Assembly: GCA_937625935.1 (NCBI GenBank)
Contig: OW569349.1
Span: forward strand, 558,001-622,000
DNA from: Tetramitus jugosus
Taxonomy: Eukaryota > Protista > Heterolobosea
DNA length: 64,000 nt
Direction: 5' to 3'
Translations under genes and position numbers: made by a program
Shown: piece after piece, positions 51,828 to 64,000 of the stretch
How the letters are laid out: every line of letters starts with the position of its first letter
Position numbering within the stretch: position 1 is the first letter of the stretch
The notes under the pieces: generated by a model
What the model saw: the letters and a program-made list of their open reading frames with translations, nothing else
Told to the model about the DNA's origin: nothing
Databases searched by the model: none

Positions 51828-54800
51828 ATGAGTTTCTTTGGTTTTGGAGGAGCTGCAAAAAAGCAAGGCACCCCATCGAGTACTGGTAGCCCAAGTGACT
51901 CTGTGGACACATCCAAGTTGATATCACCAGTTTATGACACTGGAAGAAATGTTGATGGTTTGTGTCAAGCTATTGCCGTTTTTTTTGATTCGATTGTTGA
52001 TGTTTTTTTTGTGTCCATTTACGATAATGTTGATAAGCTAACAACGGATGGTTGTGTTTTTTTTATTGTTGACAGATATTGTATTGGGACTGTTGAACAC
52101 ATTGAACGATAGTGAAGCTGCTGTTCGAAGCTTGATGCACAAGAGTTTGTTACAAATTGGAGACAATGAACCAGTGTTGGTCTTGTCAAAGTCTCTTGGT
52201 TTCCTGAACAAGCTTTCAAAGTCTCAAAAGGGTCATCGTGTGCTTGTCATGAACATGATGAGTGAGTGCTTGGACAAGAATGTCGAGCTAAAGTTGCCTG
52301 ACGATTTAGCAACAGGATTGGTGATTATGAGTGTGTTGGAAATTGTAGCCGAAAAGGTTTGTTTTTATTTTTTTTATATCAGCGAAGCTTTTCATGTGCA
52401 AATGCTATTGTGTGTGTCTGTTTTTTTTAACTGTAAAAACTGTGATTGATGACTAACCATTGATGACTTTTGTTGTGTGATATTGAGAACAGTCCATTTC
52501 ATCAGAGTGGCAGAATGCTGCTTGTAAGCTGCTGATCAGTTTGTCCAGATTGGCTCCTGATATCGTAGCAAAGCAATTGTTGGAGAGATTTCCATCGACT
52601 TCTCCTCCTCACTACTTTATTGTGAAGGCGTTTGCTGATTTTGCGTACACTTATCGTATGTCTCTCATTTTTTTTTCTCGTTTCACATTCAATATGGATT
52701 GTTTGTTGTTAACGCTTTAATTGTGTAATGATACTTTTTAGCACACTTGTTCTTGCCTCATTGCAAGGAAGTTGTGAGTAGATCGTTGCCTATATTGGCC
52801 TCTTTGAAACAGGATAATCTGAAATGGGTGTTCTGTGCTGGTTTGGGAAGATGGGCAGAAGCTGTTGTTCGATGCAAGAAGGAAAGCAAGAACAATATTC
52901 CAACTTCAGAGTACTCATCGGCAATGCACGCTGCCATTAAGCACATGTTGAACGATTGGTTAGTGATTAGAGAGCCAAAGATTCGATTGGCCGCATCTGA
53001 AGCGATTGGTTACATGTCACACATTATTGAAACAAATCATTTGAACGAGTTGTTGAAGCCGATTATTGCTGGACTTTTGGGAATGATGAGAAAGGAAGCA
53101 AAGGGAGAACAGTTACCTGTGACTATCGGTTTGAAGAATGTTATTTATGTAGTAGTAAGAGATTGCTCTGCTAGTCTCAGCGAACACTTGGAAATTTTGA
53201 TGAAGGAATTGATGAGTTATTTGCCTGGAGCAGTCAAGATAGAAAACACGTCACAAAAGGCCAAGCAGAATCTGCACGAGTTGTTGAGTTGTTTCGAATA
53301 TATTGGTAAGCAATACACGGATCAGGTGGTGAGCTTCTTCCAGAGACATACAGAGTCAAAGGAACCACTTGTTAAATTGACTGTGTTGCGTGCCTTTAAA
53401 CACATGGTATCGAATTTAGACATTGAACTTGCGAGCTACAAGGATGTCCTTGTGTCGGGATTGAAATTGTTCACACAGTATGAAGACACAAAGATTCATT
53501 TGGAGTATGCCCGCCTCATTCACGAGATGGCAAAGCACAATTATCTGCAGTCGCTTGGTGGTACAGATCTAGTGACCGTTGTGATTCAGGGTGCTTCTAT
53601 TTCTGACGATGCCATTGCCAGACAAGCAAAGTCGCCTCAACCTATTCCTAGCCCTACATTGGAGGAGTTGCGCACAGAATGTGATGATATTTTGTCTGAT
53701 TTTGCATCTGATTTGGGCGAGTACATGGATCCTGTTTTGTGGCCGTTCCTTATGGAGCATCTGATTCCTTTCGAGCGCACAGCCTCATTCTCCATTCTTT
53801 GCAAATGTATTTCTGATATTGCCAAGAGGAAGAAGAATGATGATGATTTTATCATTGATTATGATAGAACTGTGAATGTGCCAAAGCCAAATCAACTCTT
53901 AGCGAGATTAATTATTATGTTGAACGAGCCTTTTGGTAGAAATCAACCTGGTGTAAATATTCTGCGTGCTCTCTATTGCTTGTCTCCCAATATCCACCCT
54001 GATCTTGTGGAGGTTTGGAGCAAGTCACTTCCAAAATTGAAGAGATATCTTGATTCTGAGGATTCTTTCAATCAAGACCAATGGGAAAATTATTTATTAA
54101 GCTTGGTACGTGATAGTATCGATGCTGTCAACGATGACAGCTGGTCTGTTCAGTTCGGTGATGCATTGTTGGAGCAAATGAGGCTTTATACTGGCATGAG
54201 AAGTTTCAAGAAGACCTTGCTCAGCATTCTTGGTCTCGTCATTCAAAAGACCAATCTCAAGGAGTTTATTCATAGAGCAGTTGGTGAGCTCTTTGATGGC
54301 ACAGACCACGCAAGCGATATTGAGAGATTAGGTTGTGCCAGAGGTTTGGGACAGGCTGCTGCCGTGAATACTGACGTTGTTTTGACAAAACTCCAAACTA
54401 TGGTCAAGACACAGGAGAAGAAGCAATCTGGTGGCTGGTTCTCCAGTAAGCCTACTGGTCCATCCGTCGGTGGTGGTGCCAAGGCATCCGCTCTTTTGAC
54501 CTATGGCTATGTGACCATGCTTACCCCTACCGATTTGATTACTTCCAGAGTTGAGGTCCATATCATCAACAATATCTTGCCTGTGTTGCAAGGACCTGCA
54601 TCCTTGGAGGTGAAAGAGAATGGATTGCGTGCGATTGATTTGATTGGTAAGGCTGTTCATCCAAACAGATTGGAAAAATTTGTTCTCAAGTCCAGAGACG
54701 ACTTGATCAAGGTCATTTTGAGCATTATGAATCCTCCAGCAGAACCTAATGCAAAACCTGATCCTAATGTCCACAGACTGAGAAGTTTAGGCTTGGAAGC

Positions 54801-57132
54801 TCTTTCTACGCTCATTGGCTTACCTCTAACGATTAATATCGATGTTCAAACAGCTGTTCTCAATGGCACCTTGAACATTTTTAAGACGAACATTGACGAT
54901 AAGACAACTGAGGAATTGCTCATTCAAAATCTGGATGCCATGCTCAACGCAATTCTCATTGCTGAGCCAACTCAAGGAACCCTTGATGATTTATTGAGGG
55001 CTCTAGAGCCATATCTTCGATCTCGAAACGAGTTGGAAAGATCTCGTGCAGCATCCACCTACGTAGTGCTATTGAAGGACTTTGCTAGAATTATCTCTGA
55101 GGAGAAACCAGACAATGATGCATTGAATTCTTGTGGCAGAATTGTTGCAAAGCTTGTCCCTAGAATTACAGAGAGCAATATCGATGTTCGAATGGCCAGT
55201 ATTGATGGTATCTATGTTGCTCTGAGAATTCACTATTACCTCAAGTTGGGAACTGGAACTGAATTGCCAGAGCACATTCAGAAACTTGGTCCTTTGAGAG
55301 CTAAACTCGATGTCAGTGAGCCTATGGAATTATTCGCTGTTGCAAAGGAGCTTGCTGGAATTCTTACCGAAGCAATTGATGCTGCTCACTTTGCTACTGT
55401 GATTGAAGCGCTGCTTGATACGTTGGATGATGTTGAGATTGATGGTGCTAATGGATCTTGTGTTATCTTAAATGGCTTGATCAGAACTCGTGGAAGCGAG
55501 CTCGAGAATGAAACTGTGAAGTTTGTGAAGAAGATTATTGAGATCATGGCTCAATTAAAGGACAGAGAGCAAATTGTTACTGGCTTGTTGCATGCAATTC
55601 GTGGATTTGCCAGAAACTTCTCACTTCCAGTGATAAATGCGCTCATTGCCATGCCTGTGCCACATTCAACTGAGGTTATCAAGGCATTCCAAATTCTTGC
55701 CACAGATCCTAAATTAGTGTACATATTGATGGACCATTTGCTCGATATTATCAACAACTCACAATTGTATGAGGAGAAGAAAAAGGGAGGTGAAAGCAAG
55801 ATTGAACTCATTCCAACACACAATCCAAAGTCCTGCACATGTGCTTTGGCAGAAGTATTGGATGTCCCAACCACCAACAGGATTGCACTTGAATATTATC
55901 CAAAGATTGTCATGACAACACTTTTGAGATTAGGTTCAGCTAATGCTATGACAACCGATCCACCAGCAAAGGACAGTCAAGTTGCCCTCAAAAACTTCTT
56001 TACTTGCACAGAAGACGAAGAAATCTTGAAGAAAATTGAAAAGGCAGAGCTATTCCCAAAGATGATTGGCAACGAGTATGCCGATGCTATTCAAGACACA
56101 TTGCATATTGTGTGTACTGCTCATCCAGAACACATCCCAGCCATGTTTGAATTCTCCAAGCAATTCATCTCAAGAACATTTATTGGCCATCGTATTCCTG
56201 CTACTTGCATCGTTTCTGTTCTCCTTTACCATATGAAGAACGACAGAGATATGATTTATGCAGCTATCAATGCATTGCTTGGAAGATCCGGTACTGATGA
56301 GCAAGTTGTTGTCAAGCTACACGCTCTAAGAGGATTGGCAAATTTGACTCAACATCCAAAGGATGTCATGCACAGATACGTGACTCCTGTCGTCGGTGCT
56401 ATGATTGCCAATCTCGAAGACTTGGACGAATCTGTCATTATGCAAGCCATGAAGAGTGTTAGTCAAATCTTTGAGGTTGCAGAAGATGAATTCATTGCGC
56501 CACTATTGCTCAACTTGTGTGTACGATTAAGACCTTCATTCGAGAAGAGTAATCCAATTATTCGGGAGGCTTCCATTCAACTCTTTGGTTCTCTTGCTCG
56601 TTTCTGTCAAGGTGTACTCAGCGATACTCTGATTAATAATATTCACAACAACTTGCCAACAATTTTGTTGCACTTGCAAGATAATGATGTGACAGTTGTA
56701 CGAACATGTAAGAAGGCATTAAGACAACTCGTTGCAGAGCTAGGATCAAAGCCTTTGATTGAATTGTTTGATTGCGAGCAATTGGATGTGAAATCCACAC
56801 CTGAACAAGATGCAAAGGCATCATTGCAATTAGAACTCGTAGACTTTGACGAATTTTCTGAGAAATTTGCTGCTGTCTGGGTGAAGGAATTCCCTGACAG
56901 AATCAGTGATATTGTGATGAATTTAGTTGTGTTCTTCAAGAGTGATTGGGCTGGTGTGACTGCTGGCTCATGTTTGATTACCGGCCACATTATTGCCAAG
57001 ATTAACTCTGATCAGAAGCAAAGAGTGAATCTCAGACATACATGCACATCAATGGTTGCTCTTCTCAAGTCGCCTAGCGCACTCATTCGTGAAAAGGTTT
57101 CCATGGTCTTGGGTCTCATGTTTGAGGCCTAA
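51828..57132 (+). CDS. MROH1: Maestro HEAT-like repeat protein, exons 51828-51957, 52076-52356, 52493-52655, 52742-57132
   Basis: Three introns (51958-52075, 52357-52492, 52656-52741; GTTTGT/GTATGT donors, CTAAC branch in two) splice in frame. EWQNAAC..L, PHYF.V, LWPFL, LVPRIT and LRPSFE match the MROH family. Confidence 0.85.
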
Positions 57133-57514
57133 AAGCAATCTCCAAACACTAGAATCATCAAATAAACGTAAAATGCAAAAGTCCTTGAACTGGCTGTCAT
57201 GTCACAACCATCACCCAAAATCTTCAAAGGATCACTTTTGGTCAATGCCCCGCACAGTCCGCATCACTCTAAAAATATGATGTCTAAGAAGGAGGAGAAT
57301 CTTCTTCAATCAAGCAATTTTGCATGATGTGATCTTTGTTCTCAAGTGGCTGCGTATTTTTAAATTATTTCAGTTCCAAGTATTATAGAGGGAGAACAGC
57401 AAGGCAAGACGGCAACACCATCAACAACACAAATAACAATACCAAAACACGACAACAACTGTTGATCTTCAACTCTCTCTCTGTACAGCTAACACACAAT
57501 TTCTTTTTGGTGAG

Positions 57515-57710
57515 GTAAGTTTTTCTGTTCGAATCTTTTTTCACACGTGTGAGTCTCAAAGGAAAACAGAGAGAGCGCTACAAAGCAAGAATAGCTCTGT
57601 CTCTCCTTTTGGATTCTCCTTCTCATCATTATGATGAACCTCACTCACACTTATCGTTCATATATGTATCTCTCTGCATTTCTCTTTTTCATTTCTTCTC
57701 CCACAAACAG
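57515..57710 (+). other. Putative 5'-UTR intron of the downstream transferase gene
   Basis: AG/GTAAGT donor, CTCAC branch-like site, long pyrimidine tract and CAG acceptor, flanked by CAA-rich leader sequence. Confidence 0.5.
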
Positions 57711-57816
57711 AGTCAGTGAACGAACGAACAACAACAACTTGATCAAAAAGCAAAGAACAACAACAAATCATCATATTTATAACAACTAACAACAACAAAT
57801 AACAACAAATAACAAC

Positions 57817-60800
57817 ATGACGGCAACAGAAAACAACCAATTGTCGTCATCGCTACAACAACATGACGACAATACTCACAACACTAACAATAACAATAGT
57901 GGAAGTCTATTGTCAGGTGAAATTGCATTGGCTGCTTCCTTGGCAGCATCAAGCAACAACAAGAAACAATTTTTGGCTCGTTTTGGTGTTTTTCTCAAGG
58001 CCTGTCGATACCTGATACTGCTCGTTTTGTTCCTGTTGGGCATTCGAACTGGTTTTCACACGTTTTTGCACAGAAATCAGTTTAGCTCCAGTGTAACAAA
58101 CACGTTGTGTTCTCAGATGGATACTGAACAGCAATTAAGACCATTTTTGCTGCCAAGAAAGAGTAATTCCACCTATCTAGGCTCAGTGCTCGGTCGTCCC
58201 ATGACCTCTGTGTGGTCCTCGAAGGAACTGAACCGTTTTCGCGAAGAGGATCACGTTTGCGATTTGCCGCCAAAGTTCCAATTCAAGAAATTTTTGTGGT
58301 TTTTGACGGATGGCTTGCCTGTAAAGTATTCTAGGAAGACGTTGACTCATTTTGCGGCCAACTCTGTTTTGTATACGATTGATATACCGGGTCCAAAGTA
58401 TTCTCATGCCATTTATACGAGTTATTTAACTGGTCAACTGCCAACCAATTATCAAGGAACTCCGATTGATGGAGATTCGTTGATTAAGAGCATGCAGAGA
58501 AGTCCTTCGATTGGTCCATTGACGTACATTGGCCCAGAGTGGAGTTTTTTGGCCATCTCTGGTAAACAAAACTATGAACACTTGTTCAAGAGAATCATCA
58601 ATAAGCCTGAGCCTTTGGATCAGCCTCATGACAGAGCCTATCGATTCTTCTTCCAGGATCAGCCATCAAAAGATTGGTTCAAGAGTACTCTGGACTATAT
58701 TGATGCAGAGGGTGGATCTCTGTTCACTCACTCTGCCATCTTTGATCACATTAATCACGGTGTGTTCAGAAACAATCCTACCAACACAAAGTATCTGGAC
58801 TTTTTGGCAAATCGTATTGCTGATGATATCAATACGCTCAAGCAATGGGTGGACCAGCATCCAGACTATTTGCTCATTTTGTCTTCGGATCATGGTTGCG
58901 ACGATGTGTCAAACGGTTATGTTCTCCATGGTTATTCCACCAATGGTAACGAAGGTTACGTCATGCTCTACAATCCAAATTTGGTGCCACATCAAGAGCG
59001 TGTCGATGTAGTCGATGTTGCACCTACGATTGCAAAGTACTTGGACAAGGTAGATATTCCAGCAGATAACATTGGTGTCACGCGTGCCTACTATGGTTCC
59101 ACACCTGAGGATTTGAAGTACAAGGGAAATGCACTGAAGCAAAATATGATTCAATTGGCCGATACTTCCAACCGAAGAGGTGTTCCTAATATCAAGTATG
59201 ACACAATCAACAATCTCATCAAGATGAGTGCTGAGAAGGGAGCTGGATTCGTGAGTGATGGTTCACTCAATATTCGATTGAACCAATCCCTGACCGCAAT
59301 GAAGATGAATCTGTACAAGTTATTGCACAAGCCATATAGTTGGGTTGTATTCTATGCCGTACAATCATTTGTGGTCATGATGCTCATTCTGTACCGATAC
59401 AACTACAATACTCTCTTATTGATGGCCAAGGGATACATCCTCAAGGGAATCAAGTTGCTCCTCTTCATGTTTCCACTTTATTTTGGAGCATTCTTGAATA
59501 TTTTGTTCGTGTGGGATTCATGGAAGGGTATTATTCGTTCTGGAGGACCATTCTACGTGTGGCACGCATATCTTGCACTCGTCGTGTTTTATTTGCTGTT
59601 CAGAGTAGGTATTACATCGGAGGAGAAGGACAAGAAGAGAGTTCTGGGCACTGGTAAGAACTTTTTGTGGCACACGCTGATCGATATCACTTGGTTCATG
59701 TTGTTCACACTGTTTAGAAAGCAGTGGAAGTGGGTGTTTGATATCAAGGCGATCTCTTTAGTTCCTTATGGTCTGTTGGTCCTATTTATTCTCATGACAT
59801 CACACATTAGCATTGTCAGTGTTCTATTATTACCATTCAGACTGATTCGGAAGATACTGAAGAGACCACTTCCAACCAATCCACAAGTTCAACCAAAGAA
59901 GGACTATGTTCATTTGGTTGTGTCATTGGCATTGCTCGGTTTGATTATTTTGTTCGAACTCACGAGTGCAAAGGGTACTAGCAGCAGAGAAGAGAAGGAG
60001 ATGTACATCAAGTACTATAACATTGGTGGTTTCCACATATTCTTTGCTCTGTTCCTTGCCCTGAACCTTATTTATTTCATTGTCACACTTTTGTTGGGAA
60101 CAAATGATTTGGACAGATTGGTCATTCCTGTTACCTTGTACGCGTTTGCTATTATGAGAGACACACCACATGGCAGAGTATTGACGACGGTACTCAACTT
60201 GCAGTACTTGATATTGTTGGTTCCATTGATACAGAGAGTGAACCACATGGCCGCACAACACAGACGACAAGCGAAGAAGAAGATGATGAATCTGCCTGAG
60301 AAGTCAATTGTTTTGTTAATTTCGAACTCGCATGCTTGGGATCTGCTTCAGCAAGCTATCATTCTATTCGCTTTGAATCAACCATTGTATCAACTAGTTG
60401 TTGGTAAGGAAGAGAAGTTGAATGTGGATGCTCATCCTTTTGCAGGTGCTATCGGTATGAGATCTCATCAAGAGTATCCATCTTTCAATGCATTCCAAAT
60501 GGCATTCGAAAAGTGGCACACCATTGTTCTCTTTACACTCTTCTTGTGGAAGGTTATACACAAGACTCCAGAAGACCTAGCTGTCGCAAATCAACAAGTT
60601 CAATCTGCTCAAACCAAGACACCTCAAAGAAAGTTGAGATTGACAGATGCTGAGAGAGAAGAAGATAGAGTGTACAATACTGACCTTGCCATTACAACAA
60701 ATGCCTTGCTGCTCTTCAATGCCAATGGTTTCTTGCAGCTCATGCTGTGTTTCATTGGTATGAACCATCCATTCGAAGACAGTGTAGTGTACTTGATTGT

Positions 60801-61068
60801 TATGTCACTAATGGGAGCTCTGTTTACTCTCTTCCATTTGATCACACAGTACTTCTCGTTGGCCAAGATTGTTCAATTCTTCCGCAGAAGTAACACCCAT
60901 GCGCACAAGTCTGCTGTTCTACCCAGAACATCCACCTCTGCTGTCGACAAGGACAAGGAACCATTGTTGCCACTGGATTCAAAGATGGCATCCTTGCACT
61001 CTGCTTCTGCGACCACAACCAGTGTCAGCAACAGAAAACAACATTCACTAGATGCTAAGGACCATTAA
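57817..61068 (+). CDS. GPI ethanolamine-phosphate transferase-like (PIG-O/PIG-G type) multi-pass membrane protein
   Basis: One N-terminal TM, an alkaline-phosphatase-fold domain (LTDGL, H...DH..H, SDHG, HG, DVAPTI), then many TM helices. Confidence 0.72.
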   Translation: MTATENNQLSSSLQQHDDNTHNTNNNNSGSLLSGEIALAASLAASSNNKKQFLARFGVFLKACRYLILLVLFLLGIRTGFHTFLHRNQFSSSVTNTLCSQMDTEQQLRPFLLPRKSNSTYLGSVLGRPMTSVWSSKELNRFREEDHVCDLPPKFQFKKFLWFLTDGLPVKYSRKTLTHFAANSVLYTIDIPGPKYSHAIYTSYLTGQLPTNYQGTPIDGDSLIKSMQRSPSIGPLTYIGPEWSFLAISGKQNYEHLFKRIINKPEPLDQPHDRAYRFFFQDQPSKDWFKSTLDYIDAEGGSLFTHSAIFDHINHGVFRNNPTNTKYLDFLANRIADDINTLKQWVDQHPDYLLILSSDHGCDDVSNGYVLHGYSTNGNEGYVMLYNPNLVPHQERVDVVDVAPTIAKYLDKVDIPADNIGVTRAYYGSTPEDLKYKGNALKQNMIQLADTSNRRGVPNIKYDTINNLIKMSAEKGAGFVSDGSLNIRLNQSLTAMKMNLYKLLHKPYSWVVFYAVQSFVVMMLILYRYNYNTLLLMAKGYILKGIKLLLFMFPLYFGAFLNILFVWDSWKGIIRSGGPFYVWHAYLALVVFYLLFRVGITSEEKDKKRVLGTGKNFLWHTLIDITWFMLFTLFRKQWKWVFDIKAISLVPYGLLVLFILMTSHISIVSVLLLPFRLIRKILKRPLPTNPQVQPKKDYVHLVVSLALLGLIILFELTSAKGTSSREEKEMYIKYYNIGGFHIFFALFLALNLIYFIVTLLLGTNDLDRLVIPVTLYAFAIMRDTPHGRVLTTVLNLQYLILLVPLIQRVNHMAAQHRRQAKKKMMNLPEKSIVLLISNSHAWDLLQQAIILFALNQPLYQLVVGKEEKLNVDAHPFAGAIGMRSHQEYPSFNAFQMAFEKWHTIVLFTLFLWKVIHKTPEDLAVANQQVQSAQTKTPQRKLRLTDAEREEDRVYNTDLAITTNALLLFNANGFLQLMLCFIGMNHPFEDSVVYLIVMSLMGALFTLFHLITQYFSLAKIVQFFRRSNTHAHKSAVLPRTSTSAVDKDKEPLLPLDSKMASLHSASATTTSVSNRKQHSLDAKDH

Positions 61069-61244
61069 ACGGGAACCATTTTACAATCAACCTTCTGTAG
61101 TTTCTCTTGATTTCTCCGCCATGTTCGCAGCTCAATGTTCCTTCCAGCCTGAGCTTGACCTCGTTTCTCAAGATATGCAAAAACGACAACAAAACAACAA
61201 CGAGAGCCACAAGACAACATCAACTAACATTTTACAAACTTAAC

Positions 61245-61874
61245 ATGTCCTCTTCCAAATCCAAACAAAAGGGAAAAGCATCCGCATCCAGCAATGCAAA
61301 GAATGAACAATGGGTCATCTTACTCATGGGATTTCCAGGTGCAGGCAAGGTATGAATCAGAATCGTTCGTTATTGTTGTTGTTTGCTCTCCGTTTGTACT
61401 CACTCGCCAATCATTAACATGTAGAGCTATGTGGCGAAACAGTTGGAGTCCAAGCACGGCTACATTCGAATCAACCAGGACGAACTCGGATCAGCAGACG
61501 AATGCAAGAAAATGTTGGCAAAGTCGTTAAAGCACGGAAAGTCAGTGTGCATCGATCGGTGCAACATTCATCCCAAGGAACGAAAAATGTGGATCAATGA
61601 GACGAGAATGATATTGAATGACAAGTCGTTTCGCAACTTTGACTTGATATGGTTGAGTACATCGGTCGAAGAGTGCAAACGGAGAGCAAAGGAACGAAAG
61701 AATCACCCAACGTTGGACATTGACAAGGCAGATGAAGTCATTGACGAGTTTGCCAAAGGATTTAAACCGCCGCAGACATTTGAAGGATTTGTAAACTTGT
61801 TTAATGTGTTTGATACGGCGAGTGCCAATGTAACATTGACTTCCCTGTCCAAACGTTCCATCATTACCAAATAA
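61245..61874 (+). CDS. Small P-loop kinase (AAA_33/polynucleotide-kinase-like), exons 61245-61349 and 61425-61874
   Basis: Splicing the 75-nt intron at 61350-61424 gives GFPGAGK/S; also RINQDELG, IDRCN....R..W, R..HPT and P...EGF. Confidence 0.85.
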
Positions 61875-61982
61875 AACAGTCATACTCCCTATCTATCACA
61901 CCTAACACAACCTCTATGTGGTCGGATAAAAAAACACTGCTTTTTTCACAACTCGAACAACAAACAGAATCAAAGAAGAAGC

Positions 61983-62666
61983 ATGAACAATTTGCCAGGT
62001 ACACCAACCAAACGGAGGAGACTTGCAGCAGCCAATTCCTTGTTGCAAGAACAGCAACAAACGACCAATGTGGATTCACCAACTGTGCAAAGCAGCAGAG
62101 TACGAAAATCGATCAATTTTCCAAATCAACCGCTCGCTCATCACGCGAATCATTTTCTGGCGCGCCAAAAACTTTCTACGATCACGAATAACCCGCCCAT
62201 TGTCGAACAGCAACAAGAGGACGATGAAGCGCGGACGGAGCGGAAAAACGATCTAAAAGTGTTCGAGGAGACACTACGGACGAAATTGATTGAAAGCATA
62301 AGGGTGGGTCAACGATATGAGCTTTTGTTGATTGGAATCATTGTGTTGATCCTCTGTTCAACATGTTTGTGGTTATTCAGTAGCTTTAGCTATTCAAGGC
62401 ATGTTTTTCTGTTTTCTATTGCTACTGTAGCATTCTTCATGCTGAGTGGCGGTTATGCCAAGATTCAAAAGCCAAAGGTCTTGTTGAATCAAATGAACAG
62501 AGTCCTTAGAGTGTTCCATGTTCGTTTCAACATTACAAAGCTAAAGCTCGTGCGGTTGAAAACGAAACAGAGCACACAGCCCACACCACACTCTGCAGAG
62601 GAAATTGCGACATCGTTCGGAAGTGGACTCCCTGGAATTCTTGATGGTGTCGGTGGTCGAAACTAA
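61983..62666 (+). CDS. Spo7/CNEP1R1-like regulatory subunit of the nuclear-envelope phosphatase
   Basis: DLKVFEETLR, two TM helices, and SGGY.KI.KP......NRVLR.F.V.F. Confidence 0.65.
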   Translation: MNNLPGTPTKRRRLAAANSLLQEQQQTTNVDSPTVQSSRVRKSINFPNQPLAHHANHFLARQKLSTITNNPPIVEQQQEDDEARTERKNDLKVFEETLRTKLIESIRVGQRYELLLIGIIVLILCSTCLWLFSSFSYSRHVFLFSIATVAFFMLSGGYAKIQKPKVLLNQMNRVLRVFHVRFNITKLKLVRLKTKQSTQPTPHSAEEIATSFGSGLPGILDGVGGRN

Positions 62667-62699
62667 AAACTCTGTGAATACTTGTGCTCTCTATGAGAT

Positions 62700-63500
62700 C
62701 ACATCTTGGAAGAGCAATCCTGTCGCAGCTCCAATAAAAAACAGGATGAGAATTTAACAACACTTTAACCTTTCTTGATAGCAACAAGGAGAATAGGTGA
62801 ACTCGAATCTCGAAAAGTAACTACCTGAGGAAATTGTGACGTCGACAATAGTTGCTATGTATACCTTAAGATAACCATAGGTATCTCATTCAAGATGCAA
62901 ACGGCTTTGCGTGTACGGGTTGTAACACTGTTGTCGATATCCGAGTAATAACAGAGGCAGTATGAAAACGCTGTGACAGTAAGAGTGTTTGAATTGTGAG
63001 CGGGTTCTTTGCTTCTAGAATGCTTTACTCATCGTACAACGTTCTCGCAAAGTTTTGACGTCATGAACATCATTGGAATTGGTTGCTCAGCTCCACATCG
63101 ATGATCCAAGAAAAAGTGTTCTGTTGTTTAAAAGATGAAATGGGACAGCAACTCGGAATAGAGCGCGATCCCACAAGCCACTTTGTGACTTTGAACTGTG
63201 AAGGTTTGTTCAACTTGGTAGTGATTCGAATAAAATTCTCGATTCATCAGTGCAGCTTAAATCCTCAGCTAACACATGACTCCTTTCCCGAGCAATTATG
63301 GTTTCACTGAGGATTTTCCGAGATTGAAGTACCGATTACTTGGAACGATTCGACAGTAACTCGAGATCGGTGTGCTTCATTGAAGTTAAAAGGCATTGTA
63401 TGCTAATGAGAAGACATCCAGCAACACTTTTATCTCCCATACAGACAATCAGACTCAAGCCTCCGCCGGGTTCTCGTTTTCTGTCGTTGCTCAGATCTGG
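62700..63500 (-). pseudogene. Possible decayed gene (F-box-like fragment)
   Basis: Broken minus-strand frames include LFESLPS*...LWDRALFRVAV; many stops, weak similarity only. Confidence 0.2.
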
Positions 63501-64000
63501 TGGAGAGGGTGAGAGTTTTTTTGGCTCTTTTTTTTAATAAAGTGGCTCTCCACTTCACTCAGTTCGTCGAGTGATATTGAGACCGTTTCATTGTAAGCAA
63601 CAGTACAATTTTTTGCTTTTAAAGTTGCTGCTCTTCTCACTCATGACTTTCAGCAGCACTCGCAACAAAAACACCATAACAGCTACCACCAGCAATACAC
63701 AATGCCACAAGAGCTTTAGGCCACAAGCATCATGTCATCAAAATCATTGATCGAAGAACCAGTTCCCACTACCAATGACCTACAACAACAAGAAGAAGAG
63801 CAATATATCCGGTTCAATCTCGGGCACGAAATGAACTAGGTGAGCTTGAGAAGTGCTGATAGCTGTTTAGAGCTCGTTTCCATACTGACCAATGGAACGT
63901 CAAGTTGTCGCCTGCCAAGTCCATCATTGCTTAGAGTCGGCGGCCAATTTTTTTTTCCATACAACAGTTGCCACTTTATTCAATTCACTACTATGAGACA

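Overview
Gene-dense, intron-poor eukaryotic nuclear DNA with short GT-AG introns (32-227 nt) and tiny intergenic gaps. RWP-RK, RGS, mitochondrial EngA and expanded F-box/RCC1 genes suggest a discoban, probably heterolobosean (Naegleria-like) protist; this is inference. The conserved backbone includes SPG11/spatacsin, MOB1, OFCC1-like, mt-EngA/Der, TTI2, a PHO80-type cyclin, a calmodulin-like protein, trifunctional enzyme alpha, a cystathionine gamma-lyase family enzyme, uS15m, MROH1, a GPI EtN-P transferase-like protein, a P-loop kinase, Spo7/CNEP1R1 and tRNA-Ala(AGC). Two accessory zones stand out. (1) 17.7-24.6 kb: an island bracketed by a perfect 46-bp direct repeat plus an inverted duplicate. 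It holds an intact TIR gene, a Mug135-like coiled-coil pseudogene, dead F-box genes and a CpG-depleted relic. (2) 41-46 kb: a 5'-truncated non-LTR retrotransposon head-to-head 13-29 bp upstream of tRNA-Ala (TRE5-like geometry), an F-box protein fused to a NuiA-like nuclease-inhibitor domain, and a truncated, GTPase-dead eEF2 paralog. Best candidates for undescribed biology: the F-box-NuiA 'inhibit-and-degrade' fusion within a fast-turnover F-box/TIR repertoire, and tRNA-gene-targeted retrotransposition in this lineage. All family calls come from motif recognition by eye; no searches were run.
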